Source of the DNA: Verrucomicrobiia bacterium
Lineage (GTDB): Bacteria > Verrucomicrobiota > Verrucomicrobiia > Limisphaerales > UBA11358
Direction: 5' to 3'
Length of the DNA: 40,984 bases
NCBI GenBank assembly: GCA_041482195.1
Contig: JBGPDH010000003.1
Location: 1-40,984 of the forward strand
Under the pieces are notes generated by a model, which was not told where the DNA came from, searched no databases, and saw only the letters and a list, made by a program, of their open reading frames with translations. Position numbers and translations under genes: made by a program. Below, in pieces: positions 18,056-27,708 of the stretch (position 1 is the stretch's first letter; each line of letters starts with the position of its first letter).

Positions 18056-19873
18056 ATGCCGTCGCTGCAAGATTGGATCCATAAACTCGAGGAAGGGGCG
18101 GGGGCGCGGTACTTGAAAATCATCGCCTTCTGTGTCGCGATTCTGTTCTTGATACTCGTCTACAATTTGTGTGCTTATCGCAATTTGGCCACACCCGAAG
18201 CGATGGATTCGGCACAACTGGCGCGGAACCTTGCAGAAGGCCAAGGTTATACTACGCTCTTTATCCGCCCTTTCAGCCTTTACCTGGTGCAGGAACATAA
18301 CCAGACGCCGGCGCCGGATACGCTGGTGAGTGCCGGGACAGACTTTGCCAAAATCAAAACCGCGCATCCGGACCTCGCCAATCCGCCCGTCTACCCACTC
18401 GTGCTCGCTGGTTTGATGAAGGTGTTGCCGTTCCATTATCCACTGGATCTCAAAGGCGCTTTCTGGAGCAACAGCGGAGGTTTTTGGCGATACGAACCGG
18501 ATTTTCTAATTGCGATATTCAATGAGGTGCTGTTGCTGATTGTGGTCATATTGACGTTTTTTTTGGCGCAGAAATTGTTCGATGCCCATGTCGCCTGGCT
18601 TTCCGCCTTTTTGGTGCTGGGATGCGAACTGTTGTGGCGATTCAGCATCTCCGGGCTTTCCACGATGTTGCTGATGATTATTTTCGCTGTACTGACCTGG
18701 TGCATCTTGCGCCTGGAAGAGGAGGCGCGCGATCCGGAGCCGCAGTCGGGCCGGCTGCTTGGACTGGCAGTCGCTGTCGGCGTCGTGACGGGCGTGGGGG
18801 CCCTCACCCGGTACGCGTTTGGCTGGGTGATTGTTCCGGTGACACTGTTTCTTGTCTTTTTTGGCGGGCAACGCCGGGTGTTATGTGTCGTGGTGTCTTT
18901 GGTCGCATTCCTGCTGGTGCTGGCACCATGGGTCGTTCGCAATTTAGCGGTCAGCGGTACGCCTTTTGGGACGGCGGGTTTCGCGATCCTTGAGGGAACC
19001 AGCGCCTTCCCTGGATTCCAATTGGAACGTTCCATTCATCCCGATCTCTCGTCTGCCTTGGGACTGTCAATGTATCTGCACAAATTTACAGGCAACCTGC
19101 GGACCATTTTGGAGGATGCGCTGCCCCGATTGGGTGGCAGCTGGGTGAGCATGTTGTTCCTGACGGGTTTGTTGTTGAGTTTTCGCAGTCCGTCGGTGCG
19201 GCGGATGCGCTATTTTTTACTCATGTGCCTGGTGGTCTTTATCGGGGTGCAGGCCCTGGGAAGGACGCAACTTTCGGAGGAATCACCCGAGGTGAATTCT
19301 GAAAATCTTTTGGTGCTCCTGGTGCCACTGGTGTTCATTTATGGCGTGAGTTTGTTTCACATATTGCTCGATCAAATGACGCTGCCGCTCCGGGAATTGC
19401 GGCTGGTGGTGAAAATTGTATTTGTGTGGTTGTGCTGCGCACCGTTGTTTTTCGCCTTGTTGCCTCCCCGAACGCGGCCCGTCGTTTATCCTCCATATTA
19501 TCCACCGGACATTCAGTTGATAACCGGCTGGATGAGACCGAACGAGCTGATGATGAGCGACGTCCCATGGGCGATCGCGTGGTATGGACAGCACCAGTGC
19601 GCGTGGCTGACCCTGGATGCCCAGGATGGCTTTTTCGCCATCAACGATTATTTGAAGCCGGTGCAGGCGCTCTACCTCACACCGGAAACGATGGATGCCA
19701 AATTTGCATCCGATTGGGTAAAGGCCGAGCAACATGGCTGGGGCAACTTCCTCTTGCAAGCGGTGGCGCAGAACAAAATTCCGGTGTCTTTCCCGCTGGT
19801 CCATTCGCCGCCGGGGTTCTTCCCCGAGCGCCTGTTCCTGACCGATGCGGATCGCTGGAAGCTCCAAAAATAA
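18056..19873 (+). CDS. Polytopic membrane protein, probable GT-C (ArnT/PMT_2-like) glycosyltransferase
   Basis: Many TM helices, with QLARNL..G.G, NPPVYP, LTRY and PWVVRN motifs typical of GT39/ArnT-like proteins. Confidence 0.65.
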   Translation: MPSLQDWIHKLEEGAGARYLKIIAFCVAILFLILVYNLCAYRNLATPEAMDSAQLARNLAEGQGYTTLFIRPFSLYLVQEHNQTPAPDTLVSAGTDFAKIKTAHPDLANPPVYPLVLAGLMKVLPFHYPLDLKGAFWSNSGGFWRYEPDFLIAIFNEVLLLIVVILTFFLAQKLFDAHVAWLSAFLVLGCELLWRFSISGLSTMLLMIIFAVLTWCILRLEEEARDPEPQSGRLLGLAVAVGVVTGVGALTRYAFGWVIVPVTLFLVFFGGQRRVLCVVVSLVAFLLVLAPWVVRNLAVSGTPFGTAGFAILEGTSAFPGFQLERSIHPDLSSALGLSMYLHKFTGNLRTILEDALPRLGGSWVSMLFLTGLLLSFRSPSVRRMRYFLLMCLVVFIGVQALGRTQLSEESPEVNSENLLVLLVPLVFIYGVSLFHILLDQMTLPLRELRLVVKIVFVWLCCAPLFFALLPPRTRPVVYPPYYPPDIQLITGWMRPNELMMSDVPWAIAWYGQHQCAWLTLDAQDGFFAINDYLKPVQALYLTPETMDAKFASDWVKAEQHGWGNFLLQAVAQNKIPVSFPLVHSPPGFFPERLFLTDADRWKLQK

Positions 19874-19895
19874 TTTCTCCGCGCGCCGCCCGAAC

Positions 19896-20906
19896 TTAGA
19901 CGGCGGCGCGCCGGAGCCGGTCGGCAACGGCCGACCATTCCGGCAAATCCGGCGGCGCTTCCACCACGATCCATTCCGCTCCCGCCTCGTCGCAGCGATG
20001 CAACTCTCCGTAAATCGCCCGCGCGAACGCTTCCGCGTCATGCGGAATCACACACACGTTCGCCAGATCGACATGGGAGGGAATCTTTGTGTGCGCGATG
20101 ACATGACACGTGACAGGTGACACGTGACGTGTGACCAGAACCGACCGCAAGTCGGCGTCATCCTGCCAATTGACCACAAACAGCTTCGCCTTCGGGGAAT
20201 AATGTTTGGCCAGCAACCCGGGGCTGCGCAGTAGATTTTTTCCGGTCACCTGCCGCTTGCCACTGGTCACTTTGCCGGCCGCGGCGGCGAGCGACTCGAT
20301 ATGAATCATGCCCGGACGCAAAATTTCCGGCGGTGACCGCGTCAAATCCAGCACGGTGGATTCGATGCCCACCTGCGATTGGCCGCCGTCAATAATCAGG
20401 GAAATTTTATCGCCGAGCTGTTTACACACATGCCCGGCATTGGTCGGTGAAATCTGACCGGACAGATTCGCGCTCGGCGCTGCAAGAGGGAATCCACATT
20501 CGCGAATCACAGCCTGAATCAGCGGGTGGGCGGGCCAGCGCACACCCACCGTCGCGCCGCCGGCGGCCACATTATCGGGAATCTCAATTGCGCGCGGTAA
20601 AACGAGCGTCAGCGGACCGGGCCAGAACGCTTTCGCCAGATGATCGGCATCAACGGGCCATTCGGTCACACACTGTTTTGCCATTTCGACGCTGGCGACA
20701 TGAACGATGATGGGATTGTTTGCCGGCCGGCCTTTGATCCGGAAAATTCTTGCGACGGCTTTTTCATCCAGCGCATTAGCGGCAAGGCCATAAACGGTCT
20801 CGGTCGGCAACGCCACCACTTCACCCGCACGCAACAGGTCGGCCGCGCGTTTTACAGCGGCTTGAAAAAGTGCCGGGGTATGCGTCGATAAAATTTCAAC
20901 GGCCAC
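19896..20906 (-). CDS. tsaC: L-threonylcarbamoyladenylate synthase (Sua5-type)
   Basis: PTETVYGL, KGRPANNP, PSANLSG, linker SPG..AKHYSP and a C-terminal SUA5 domain. Confidence 0.95.
   Translation of the reverse strand: MAVEILSTHTPALFQAAVKRAADLLRAGEVVALPTETVYGLAANALDEKAVARIFRIKGRPANNPIIVHVASVEMAKQCVTEWPVDADHLAKAFWPGPLTLVLPRAIEIPDNVAAGGATVGVRWPAHPLIQAVIRECGFPLAAPSANLSGQISPTNAGHVCKQLGDKISLIIDGGQSQVGIESTVLDLTRSPPEILRPGMIHIESLAAAAGKVTSGKRQVTGKNLLRSPGLLAKHYSPKAKLFVVNWQDDADLRSVLVTRHVSPVTCHVIAHTKIPSHVDLANVCVIPHDAEAFARAIYGELHRCDEAGAEWIVVEAPPDLPEWSAVADRLRRAAV
20104..20272. repeat. Paired inverted heptamer repeats inside tsaC
   Basis: TGACACG TGACAGG TGACACG TGACGTG TGAC (20104-20135) and GTCACCT GCCGCTT GCCACTG GTCACTT (20245-20272). 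Confidence 0.65.
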
Positions 20907-20909
20907 GCG

Positions 20910-22115
20910 CTATTCATAACGCAAGGCGTCAATCGGGTCGAGTTTGGAAGCTTTCCATGCCGGATAAAAACCGGAGATGATGCCGATGACCGCGCTGGAA
21001 ATGCAAGCGATGCCAACCCACGCAACCGGCGTTAGCGTCGGCCAGCCGGTGGCATGGGCAACAACTTTCGAGGCGACAATACCGAAGGCGATGCCCACCA
21101 ATCCTCCAAAGGCGCTCAGGGTCACGGCTTCCACCAGAAATTGCACCAGGATGTCGCGCGCGTGGGCGCCGACGGCCATGCGGATGCCGATTTCACGCGT
21201 TCGTTCCGTGACACTTACGAGCATGATGTTCATAATACCGATGCCGCCGACGATGAGCGACACGCTGGCGATGGCCGCGAGCAGCACGGACATGATTTTG
21301 GACGTGGCGGTGGCGGCTTGGGCGAGTTCCACCTGGTTGCGCACGGTAAAATCGGGTTCCACGCTGCGATGTCGCGACTTCAACAAGTCGGTGATGTCGT
21401 CCTGCACTTTGGTGATGGTCCCGGCGCTGGCCGACTGAACCAGGATGGAATTGACGAAAGTACGGGTGGTGATGCGCTTCATGTGGCTGGAGTAAGGGAC
21501 AATTACCGTGTCGTCCTGATCCTGGCCAAACAGGTTGAACCCTTTGGATTCAAGAACGCCGACGACTTTAAACGGCAGATTGCGGATACGGATGGTCTGG
21601 CCGACAGGGTCCTCGCCGAGGAACAACTGGTCGGCGACGGTCTTGCCGATGACCGCAACCTTTGCGATGCTGCGCACATCCTGATCGGTGAACATCGAGC
21701 CGCTGCCTATGTTCCAACTGCGGATTTGGGGATAATCCGGTGATTCGCCGATGACTTGGGTGTTCCAGTTCAAGCCGTTCGCCAGGACTTGCGCCCGGTC
21801 GCGGACTTCGGGGCTGACGGCGACGACATTCGCCACGTTCAGAATGGCATTGGCATCGTCCACCGTAAGTGTCGGCGCGCTGCCCCAGCCACCGCGCTGC
21901 GCGCCGCTGGTGAAATTGCCGGAAAAGACGGTGACGATATTTTGGCCAAGGCTGGCCACCCGGTCCTCGACTTGTTTGGTGGCGCCGGTCGTGATGCTGA
22001 CGGCGGCGATTACCGAGCCGACCCCGATGATGATGCCGAGCATGGTCAAAATGGAACGCATTTTGTTCCGCCGTAGCGCGCGCCCGGCGATCCGGAAGGT
22101 GGCAAGGATTCTCAT
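20910..22115 (-). CDS. MacB-family ABC permease
   Basis: RSILTMLGIIIG, VGGIGIMNIMLVSVTERTREIGIRMAVGA and DPIDALRYE. Confidence 0.95.
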   Translation of the reverse strand: MRILATFRIAGRALRRNKMRSILTMLGIIIGVGSVIAAVSITTGATKQVEDRVASLGQNIVTVFSGNFTSGAQRGGWGSAPTLTVDDANAILNVANVVAVSPEVRDRAQVLANGLNWNTQVIGESPDYPQIRSWNIGSGSMFTDQDVRSIAKVAVIGKTVADQLFLGEDPVGQTIRIRNLPFKVVGVLESKGFNLFGQDQDDTVIVPYSSHMKRITTRTFVNSILVQSASAGTITKVQDDITDLLKSRHRSVEPDFTVRNQVELAQAATATSKIMSVLLAAIASVSLIVGGIGIMNIMLVSVTERTREIGIRMAVGAHARDILVQFLVEAVTLSAFGGLVGIAFGIVASKVVAHATGWPTLTPVAWVGIACISSAVIGIISGFYPAWKASKLDPIDALRYE

Positions 22116-22879
22116 GATGCCAGATTGACGGCCTGATGTGCCTGACGGAGTTGCTGCAATTCCTTTTCCGCAATCAAACGGTTGCGCACCGCGTCGTCGG
22201 TGACAATTTTTCCATCGCGCAAAATGACGGTGCGTTTGGTGTACCGCGCGATGTCCAATTCGTGCGTCACCATGATGATGGTGATGCCTTGATCATTCAG
22301 TTTTTGGAACACCCCCATGATCTCAATGCTCGTCTGGCTGTCGAGGTTGCCGGTGGGCTCGTCGGCGAGCAGCAACGATGGATGGTTCACGAGCGCACGG
22401 GCGATGGCAACACGCTGCTGCTGTCCACCGGAAAGCTGGTTCGGATGATGAGTAGCGCGGTCCGCGAGGCCAACCAGTTCCAGCGCCCGCGTTGCTTGTT
22501 CATTTTGTTCGTGCGCCGCGATGCGATGACGCTTGTAAAGCATCGGCATCTCAACATTTTCCAGCGCGGAAGTGCGTGAAAGCAGATTGAATCCCTGGAA
22601 AACGAAGCCAATTTTTTCGTTGCGGATGTCCGCGAGCGCGTCACGATCGAGAGTGGAAACGTCAATGCCGTCGAGCCAGTAATGCCCGCCCGTTGGACGG
22701 TCTAACGCACCAATCAAGTTCATCAAAGTGGACTTGCCGGAGCCGCTCGAACCCATGATGGCAACGAACTCGCCCGGCAAAATCTCCAGCGAGACGCCGC
22801 GGACCGCGTGAACATCCACTTCCCCCGTGTGATACGTCTTGTGAATTTCTACAAGCTTGATGACATGGTTTGTCTGCAC
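22112..22879 (-). CDS. MacB/LolD-family ABC ATP-binding protein
   Basis: [24 protein letters not shown] and [10 protein letters not shown]. Confidence 0.95.
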   Translation of the reverse strand: MQTNHVIKLVEIHKTYHTGEVDVHAVRGVSLEILPGEFVAIMGSSGSGKSTLMNLIGALDRPTGGHYWLDGIDVSTLDRDALADIRNEKIGFVFQGFNLLSRTSALENVEMPMLYKRHRIAAHEQNEQATRALELVGLADRATHHPNQLSGGQQQRVAIARALVNHPSLLLADEPTGNLDSQTSIEIMGVFQKLNDQGITIIMVTHELDIARYTKRTVILRDGKIVTDDAVRNRLIAEKELQQLRQAHQAVNLAS

Positions 22880-22899
22880 GGCAGTATCAACAAATCGGG

Positions 22900-24225
22900 T
22901 CAGCGCATCCGAGGGAAGCCGCCGCCGAACGGATTGGCGCCTTGCGGCGCCGTGGCGGTCCCGCTCATCAGTGAGCCGGTGACAACTTGATCGCCTTCCT
23001 TCAAACCGTCGACCACTTCAGTGGAAATCCCATCACTGATGCCAACTTTGATTTGGACAGGATTTAACTTCACATTTTTGCCTTCACCCGAAAGCGTGTA
23101 AACTGTGCGCGTATTCAGCCGGAAACCGTGCCCGCCCATGCCGCCACCAAACCCAGCCCCTCCCATTCTGCCACCGCCCAACCCGCCCCGGCCACCCAGT
23201 CCGCCGGGTCTCTGCGCGGAGCCGCCATTGAAAGTTTGATTCGTCCGTGCCCCGGCTACGCTGGTGCCCATCGCTATCGGCGCATTGGTCGCGTCCGGTG
23301 GGCGGAACCGCAGCACGCCATTGGGAATTTTCAAAATATTTTCCCGTTGCGCGATGATAATGGAGACATTCGCCGTCATTCCGGGCTTCAATTTGTAATC
23401 TGGATTGTCCACGCCGATGACGCAATCATAGGTGACCACGTTGTTGACCGTCGTCGGGGCATTTCGCACCTGCGTCACTGTGCCATGAAAATTGCGATAC
23501 GGATAGGCATCCACAGTGAAATTGACAGCCTGCCCCTCCTCGACCCCGCCGACATCCGCCTCGGCCACGCTCGCGTCAATCTGCATTTTGGTCAAGTCAT
23601 TAGCGATTTGAAAGAGCGTCGGCGTGTTAAAACTGGACGCGACCGTCTGTCCCACGTCCACCGAGCGTGAAATGACCACGCCATCCACCGGCGACAGAAT
23701 TTTGCAGTAACTCAAATTAGCCATGGCATTGCTCAGCGAGGCCAGTTTGATTTTCACCGTCGCTTCCGCTTCGTGGAGGTTGGCGATAGCCGTGTCGAAA
23801 TCCGAACCGGAAATCAACTTGTTCGTGTACAGGTCGCTCGCCCGGCGTGCCTGCACTTGTTGCAGCTCCAGATTCGCCCGGGCATTGGCCAGGTCCGCTT
23901 CGACCTGCTGGACGGTCGCCTGATAAGTCGCAGGGTCAATTTCAGCGATGAGCTGGTTGTTGGTCACCGGCGAATTGTAGTCCACGTAAAGTTTGCTGAC
24001 GCGTCCCGAAACCTGACAGCCCACCTGCACGTTTTTTACCGGGTTTAACGCGCCGGTGGCTGTCACCGCCTGTATCAACTCTCCCCGTGTGACGGCCGCC
24101 GCCTGGTACTGTGGCGCCGTGTCCTGCCCTCGCCAAAAGTGCCAGATCCCACCCGCAACCAGCACGACGAACAGGGCCAGCCCGGCTACCCACTTTACCC
24201 AGCGATACCTGTGATTTTCTGCCAT
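22900..24225 (-). CDS. MacA-like periplasmic adaptor (membrane fusion protein)
   Basis: TM anchor, VGCQVSG, SPVDGVV..GQTVASS..PTLF and LKPGMTANV, with a Gly-rich insert. ATG 24225 chosen as start. Confidence 0.92.
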   Translation of the reverse strand: MAENHRYRWVKWVAGLALFVVLVAGGIWHFWRGQDTAPQYQAAAVTRGELIQAVTATGALNPVKNVQVGCQVSGRVSKLYVDYNSPVTNNQLIAEIDPATYQATVQQVEADLANARANLELQQVQARRASDLYTNKLISGSDFDTAIANLHEAEATVKIKLASLSNAMANLSYCKILSPVDGVVISRSVDVGQTVASSFNTPTLFQIANDLTKMQIDASVAEADVGGVEEGQAVNFTVDAYPYRNFHGTVTQVRNAPTTVNNVVTYDCVIGVDNPDYKLKPGMTANVSIIIAQRENILKIPNGVLRFRPPDATNAPIAMGTSVAGARTNQTFNGGSAQRPGGLGGRGGLGGGRMGGAGFGGGMGGHGFRLNTRTVYTLSGEGKNVKLNPVQIKVGISDGISTEVVDGLKEGDQVVTGSLMSGTATAPQGANPFGGGFPRMR

Positions 24226-24368
24226 AAGTAAAATTTCCAAAGCGACTGTTCAGAAATTGAGACAGCAGCGGCGAACGACAAGTTACGAAATTCTCCGCAT
24301 CTGTCCATGTTTTCGTAAGCGCACACTTTCCGCTTTGAGCTGACTCCGGTGATTCTTAGAATCGTCCG

Positions 24369-25403
24369 GTGCTTGAAAAGCTGATTTCCCAACTTGTCGG
24401 GTGGCAACCTCTCTCCGAGCCGCAGATTCAGGCTGCGGTGGAAGAACTGGTTGATGAAAAAGTCCCGGTGGCGGTAAAGGCCGATTTTTTGACCGCCCTG
24501 GCGCAAAAAGGCGAAACCGTGGACGAAATCACCGCCTTCGCCCGCGCCTTACGCGAAAAATCCATCCCGCCGCCGCTCGATGCCGAAACCCGTTCACGCG
24601 AAATTCTCGACGTGGTCGGCACGGGCGGCGACCGCTTGAGCACCTTTAACATCTCTACCACTGTCGCCATCCTGTGTGCCGCCGCGGGGGTGACCGTGGC
24701 CAAACATGGCAATCGCGCCGTGACGTCGTCCGTTGGCAGCGCGGACGTGGTGGAAGAACTTGGTATCAAGGTGGACTCGTCGCCGGTGGAAGCGGCGCAC
24801 GCATTGCGTGAGCACGGATTCGTTTTTTTCTTTGCCCCGCATTTTCATCCGGCGTTCAAACACATCGCACCGGCCCGGAAACTGTGCGCCGAGAGGGGCC
24901 AGCGGACCATTTTCAACATTCTCGGCCCGTTGCTCAATCCCGCCCGCCCGTCGGCCATGCTCGTCGGCGTGCCCCGACCGGAACTATGCGAGCCGATGGC
25001 GCGCGCGTTGCAATCGCTCGGCGTGCGCCGCGGCATGGTCGTCTGCGGATCGGCCGAGGGGAAACATTTGGATGAGCTTTCAACCCTGGGCACGAACCAG
25101 GTGGCGGAATTCTATCAGGAACGCGGCTTTTCCGTTTCAACTTTACCGCCGGAAATGTTTCCCCGACAACCGGCAACCCTGGCGGATTTGCGCGGTGGCG
25201 ACAAGGTTGTGAACGCGGAAATCATCCGCCGTATTTTCCGCCGCGAAGAACGCGGTCCCAAACGCGATGCGGTCCTGCTGAACAGCGCCGCCGCGCTCCT
25301 GGTGGCCGGCCGGACAAAAACGCTGACTGAAGGCTGGGATTTAGCGGAGCGGATTATTGACAGCGGGCAGGCCAACGGGAAGCTGAAGGAATTGGCGGGT
25401 TAG
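24369..25403 (+). CDS. trpD: Anthranilate phosphoribosyltransferase
   Basis: DVVGTGGD..TFNIST, KHGNRAVTS..GSAD and RTIFNILGPLLNP. Confidence 0.96.
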   Translation: MLEKLISQLVGWQPLSEPQIQAAVEELVDEKVPVAVKADFLTALAQKGETVDEITAFARALREKSIPPPLDAETRSREILDVVGTGGDRLSTFNISTTVAILCAAAGVTVAKHGNRAVTSSVGSADVVEELGIKVDSSPVEAAHALREHGFVFFFAPHFHPAFKHIAPARKLCAERGQRTIFNILGPLLNPARPSAMLVGVPRPELCEPMARALQSLGVRRGMVVCGSAEGKHLDELSTLGTNQVAEFYQERGFSVSTLPPEMFPRQPATLADLRGGDKVVNAEIIRRIFRREERGPKRDAVLLNSAAALLVAGRTKTLTEGWDLAERIIDSGQANGKLKELAG

Positions 25404-26131
25404 CTGGCGGGCGTGGTACTTTCCGGCGATTCTTCTTCAGTCTCCGCAGTCGAGCCGTCCGTTTCGGTAACTTCAGCTTCTTTCAAGGACGCATAGTGCA
25501 GCCCGAGGTTGTGTTGCGCGGTTTTGTCACCCTGGCGCGCGGCGCGGATGAACCATTTCATGGCTTCCTGGGGATTTTGTTCCACTCCGCGCCCGGTCTG
25601 ATAGCACAGACCGAGGTTGCACTGCGCCGGCGCGCATTCCTGCTCAGCCGCGGCACGATACCATTTGACCGCTTCCGTGAAGTTTTGCGGCACGACCTGC
25701 CCGGTTTCATAAAAGACACCGAGATTGAATTGTGCGGCCGGATAGCCGCGTTCCGCCGCTTCACGGTACCATTTGACCGCTTCGGCAAAATTTTGAGTAA
25801 CACCCTGCCCGGTTTCGTAGAGCACGCCCAGATTGAACTCCGCCGCGGGATCGCCTTGCTCGGCTGCCTCGCGCAGCCACTTGGCCGCTTCGCCGAATTC
25901 CTGGGGCACACCCGTGCCATGCAGATAACTCACGCCCAGATAGCATTGGGCGACGGGATCGCCTTGCTCCGCAGCGCGGCGAAACCACTTTACCGCGTCC
26001 TGGCTATCCTGCGTTACTCCCTGGCCGTTTTGATAGCAAACACCCAGATAGCATTGCGCCTGCGGATCGCCCTCCTGGGCGGCCTGCCGCATTGCTTCAA
26101 ACGAATCCCATGTTCGACGGCTGCTCGACAT
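25400..26131 (-). CDS. Sel1-like repeat protein
   Basis: About six 36-aa SLR units (AQxxLGxxYxxGxGVxQxxxEAxKWxxxAAEQG). ATG 26131 is the likely start. Confidence 0.92.
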   Translation of the reverse strand: MSSSRRTWDSFEAMRQAAQEGDPQAQCYLGVCYQNGQGVTQDSQDAVKWFRRAAEQGDPVAQCYLGVSYLHGTGVPQEFGEAAKWLREAAEQGDPAAEFNLGVLYETGQGVTQNFAEAVKWYREAAERGYPAAQFNLGVFYETGQVVPQNFTEAVKWYRAAAEQECAPAQCNLGLCYQTGRGVEQNPQEAMKWFIRAARQGDKTAQHNLGLHYASLKEAEVTETDGSTAETEEESPESTTPAS

Positions 26132-26259
26132 CTTAAAACCAGATGTTACGGCACCTTTGGTGCCGCACCTATCATAAATCTTCAATGCGCAAATTCAAGG
26201 CGTGAATTCGCCCTGCATTTTCACTTCCGTTCCATCAGTTGGCCTGCTACAAAACTTTC

Positions 26260-27075
26260 ATGGCAACCAAGCTCACCATCGGCTTTCTCGGCGCCGGCAA
26301 AATGGCCACCGCGCTGGCTCGCGGTTTCATCCAGGCAGAACTTGTCGGTCCCAAAGACATGGTGGCCGCGGATCCGGTGGCCGCTGCGCGAACACATTTC
26401 ACCGATGAGATCGGAGTGACGACCACGGAATCCAATGTGGATGTGGCCAAAACCGCCAACGTCCTGATTCTCGCCGTCAAGCCGGACCAATGTACCGGCG
26501 TGTTGACCGGATTGCGCGGCAAGTTCACCGCCAATCACCTGCTTATTTCCATCGCCGCCGGGGTGACGCTGGCAAAACTGGAGAGCGCGTTACCGCCAGG
26601 TGCGCGCGTGATTCGTGTCATGCCCAATACGCCGGCGCTCGTCGGCAGGGGAGCTTCGGCGTTCGCCCTCGGCACCTCCGCGACGCCGTTGGACGGTGAG
26701 CTGGCCAAAAGACTGCTGTCGGCCGTGGGCATCGCCTTTCAGGTGAAGGAACCGCTGCTGGACGCCGTGACCGGTTTGAGTGGCAGTGGCCCGGCCTATG
26801 TTTTTCAATTCATCGAAGCGTTGAGCGACGGCGGTGTGGCCGCGGGCTTGCCGCGTGATTTGGCGACGAAACTCGCCGCCCAAACCGTCCTGGGCGCAGC
26901 CAAGATGGTCCTCAAAACCGGCCAGCATCCCGGTGCGTTGAAGGATCAGGTCACCAGCCCCGGTGGTACGACCATTGAAGGTTTGCACGAATTGGAGAAA
27001 GGCCGCATGCGCGCCATCGTGATGAGCGCCGTCCGTGCCGCGACCGAGAAATCAAAAAAACTCGGACAAAGTTGA
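26260..27075 (+). CDS. proC: Pyrroline-5-carboxylate reductase
   Basis: GFLGAGKM, RVMPNTP, LSGSGPAY and VTSPGGTTI. Confidence 0.96.
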   Translation: MATKLTIGFLGAGKMATALARGFIQAELVGPKDMVAADPVAAARTHFTDEIGVTTTESNVDVAKTANVLILAVKPDQCTGVLTGLRGKFTANHLLISIAAGVTLAKLESALPPGARVIRVMPNTPALVGRGASAFALGTSATPLDGELAKRLLSAVGIAFQVKEPLLDAVTGLSGSGPAYVFQFIEALSDGGVAAGLPRDLATKLAAQTVLGAAKMVLKTGQHPGALKDQVTSPGGTTIEGLHELEKGRMRAIVMSAVRAATEKSKKLGQS

Positions 27076-27090
27076 TACACTGTCCGTATT

Positions 27091-27669
27091 TCAATTTTTC
27101 GACTGGCTGCGCAATCTGCGTACGTCTACCGCTTCCATGCCGGCCGCCCGAATAGCGGTCAAACCGAGATCAGTATCTTCGTAAGCCCGGCAGAACCGGG
27201 GCTCCACGCCAATCCGTCGCGCGGCTTCCAGAAAAATGTCCGGCGCCGGCTTTTGGTGCTTTACCATTTCATTGGTAACCACCGCGTCAAACAGGTGCCG
27301 TATTTTTAATTGTTCCAATACCAGGCCGATGATTTTCTGAGTGCCTCCTGACGCGACGGCCATCGGAATTTTGCCGTGGTTCGCCCTCGCAATTTCTACA
27401 ACGGCATGGATGGGTTCAATCCGCGCCATCAACGGCAGATAAGCCTCTTCTTTTTCGTGTGCGATGGCAATGTGGTCGAGCGACCGGCCCTGCTCATCGG
27501 CAAGTAATTTCAAAATATCACGCGAAGGCACGCCACCAAAGGCGTAGAAGCGGTCTTCGGGAAAATAAAGTTCGTGGCGTTGCGTGACGATTTGCCAGGC
27601 GTGCCAATGCAACGGCATCGTGTCGGCCAACGTACCGTCGCAGTCAAAAACCAAACCCTTGGGATTCAT
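27091..27669 (-). CDS. HAD-family phosphatase (beta-PGM/YqaB-like)
   Basis: FDCDGTLADT, KPAPDIF and ED..G..A..AAGM. Confidence 0.92.
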   Translation of the reverse strand: MNPKGLVFDCDGTLADTMPLHWHAWQIVTQRHELYFPEDRFYAFGGVPSRDILKLLADEQGRSLDHIAIAHEKEEAYLPLMARIEPIHAVVEIARANHGKIPMAVASGGTQKIIGLVLEQLKIRHLFDAVVTNEMVKHQKPAPDIFLEAARRIGVEPRFCRAYEDTDLGLTAIRAAGMEAVDVRRLRSQSKN

Positions 27670-27708
27670 AATGTTTCGCAGCCTGAAAGATGGAACCGTA
27701 CGATGATT

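Noticed and set aside
18436-19507. DnaA-box-like TTATCCAC matches (about 18436 and 19498) as oriC
   Set aside because: They are isolated, imperfect and inside a CDS, with no box cluster or unwinding element.
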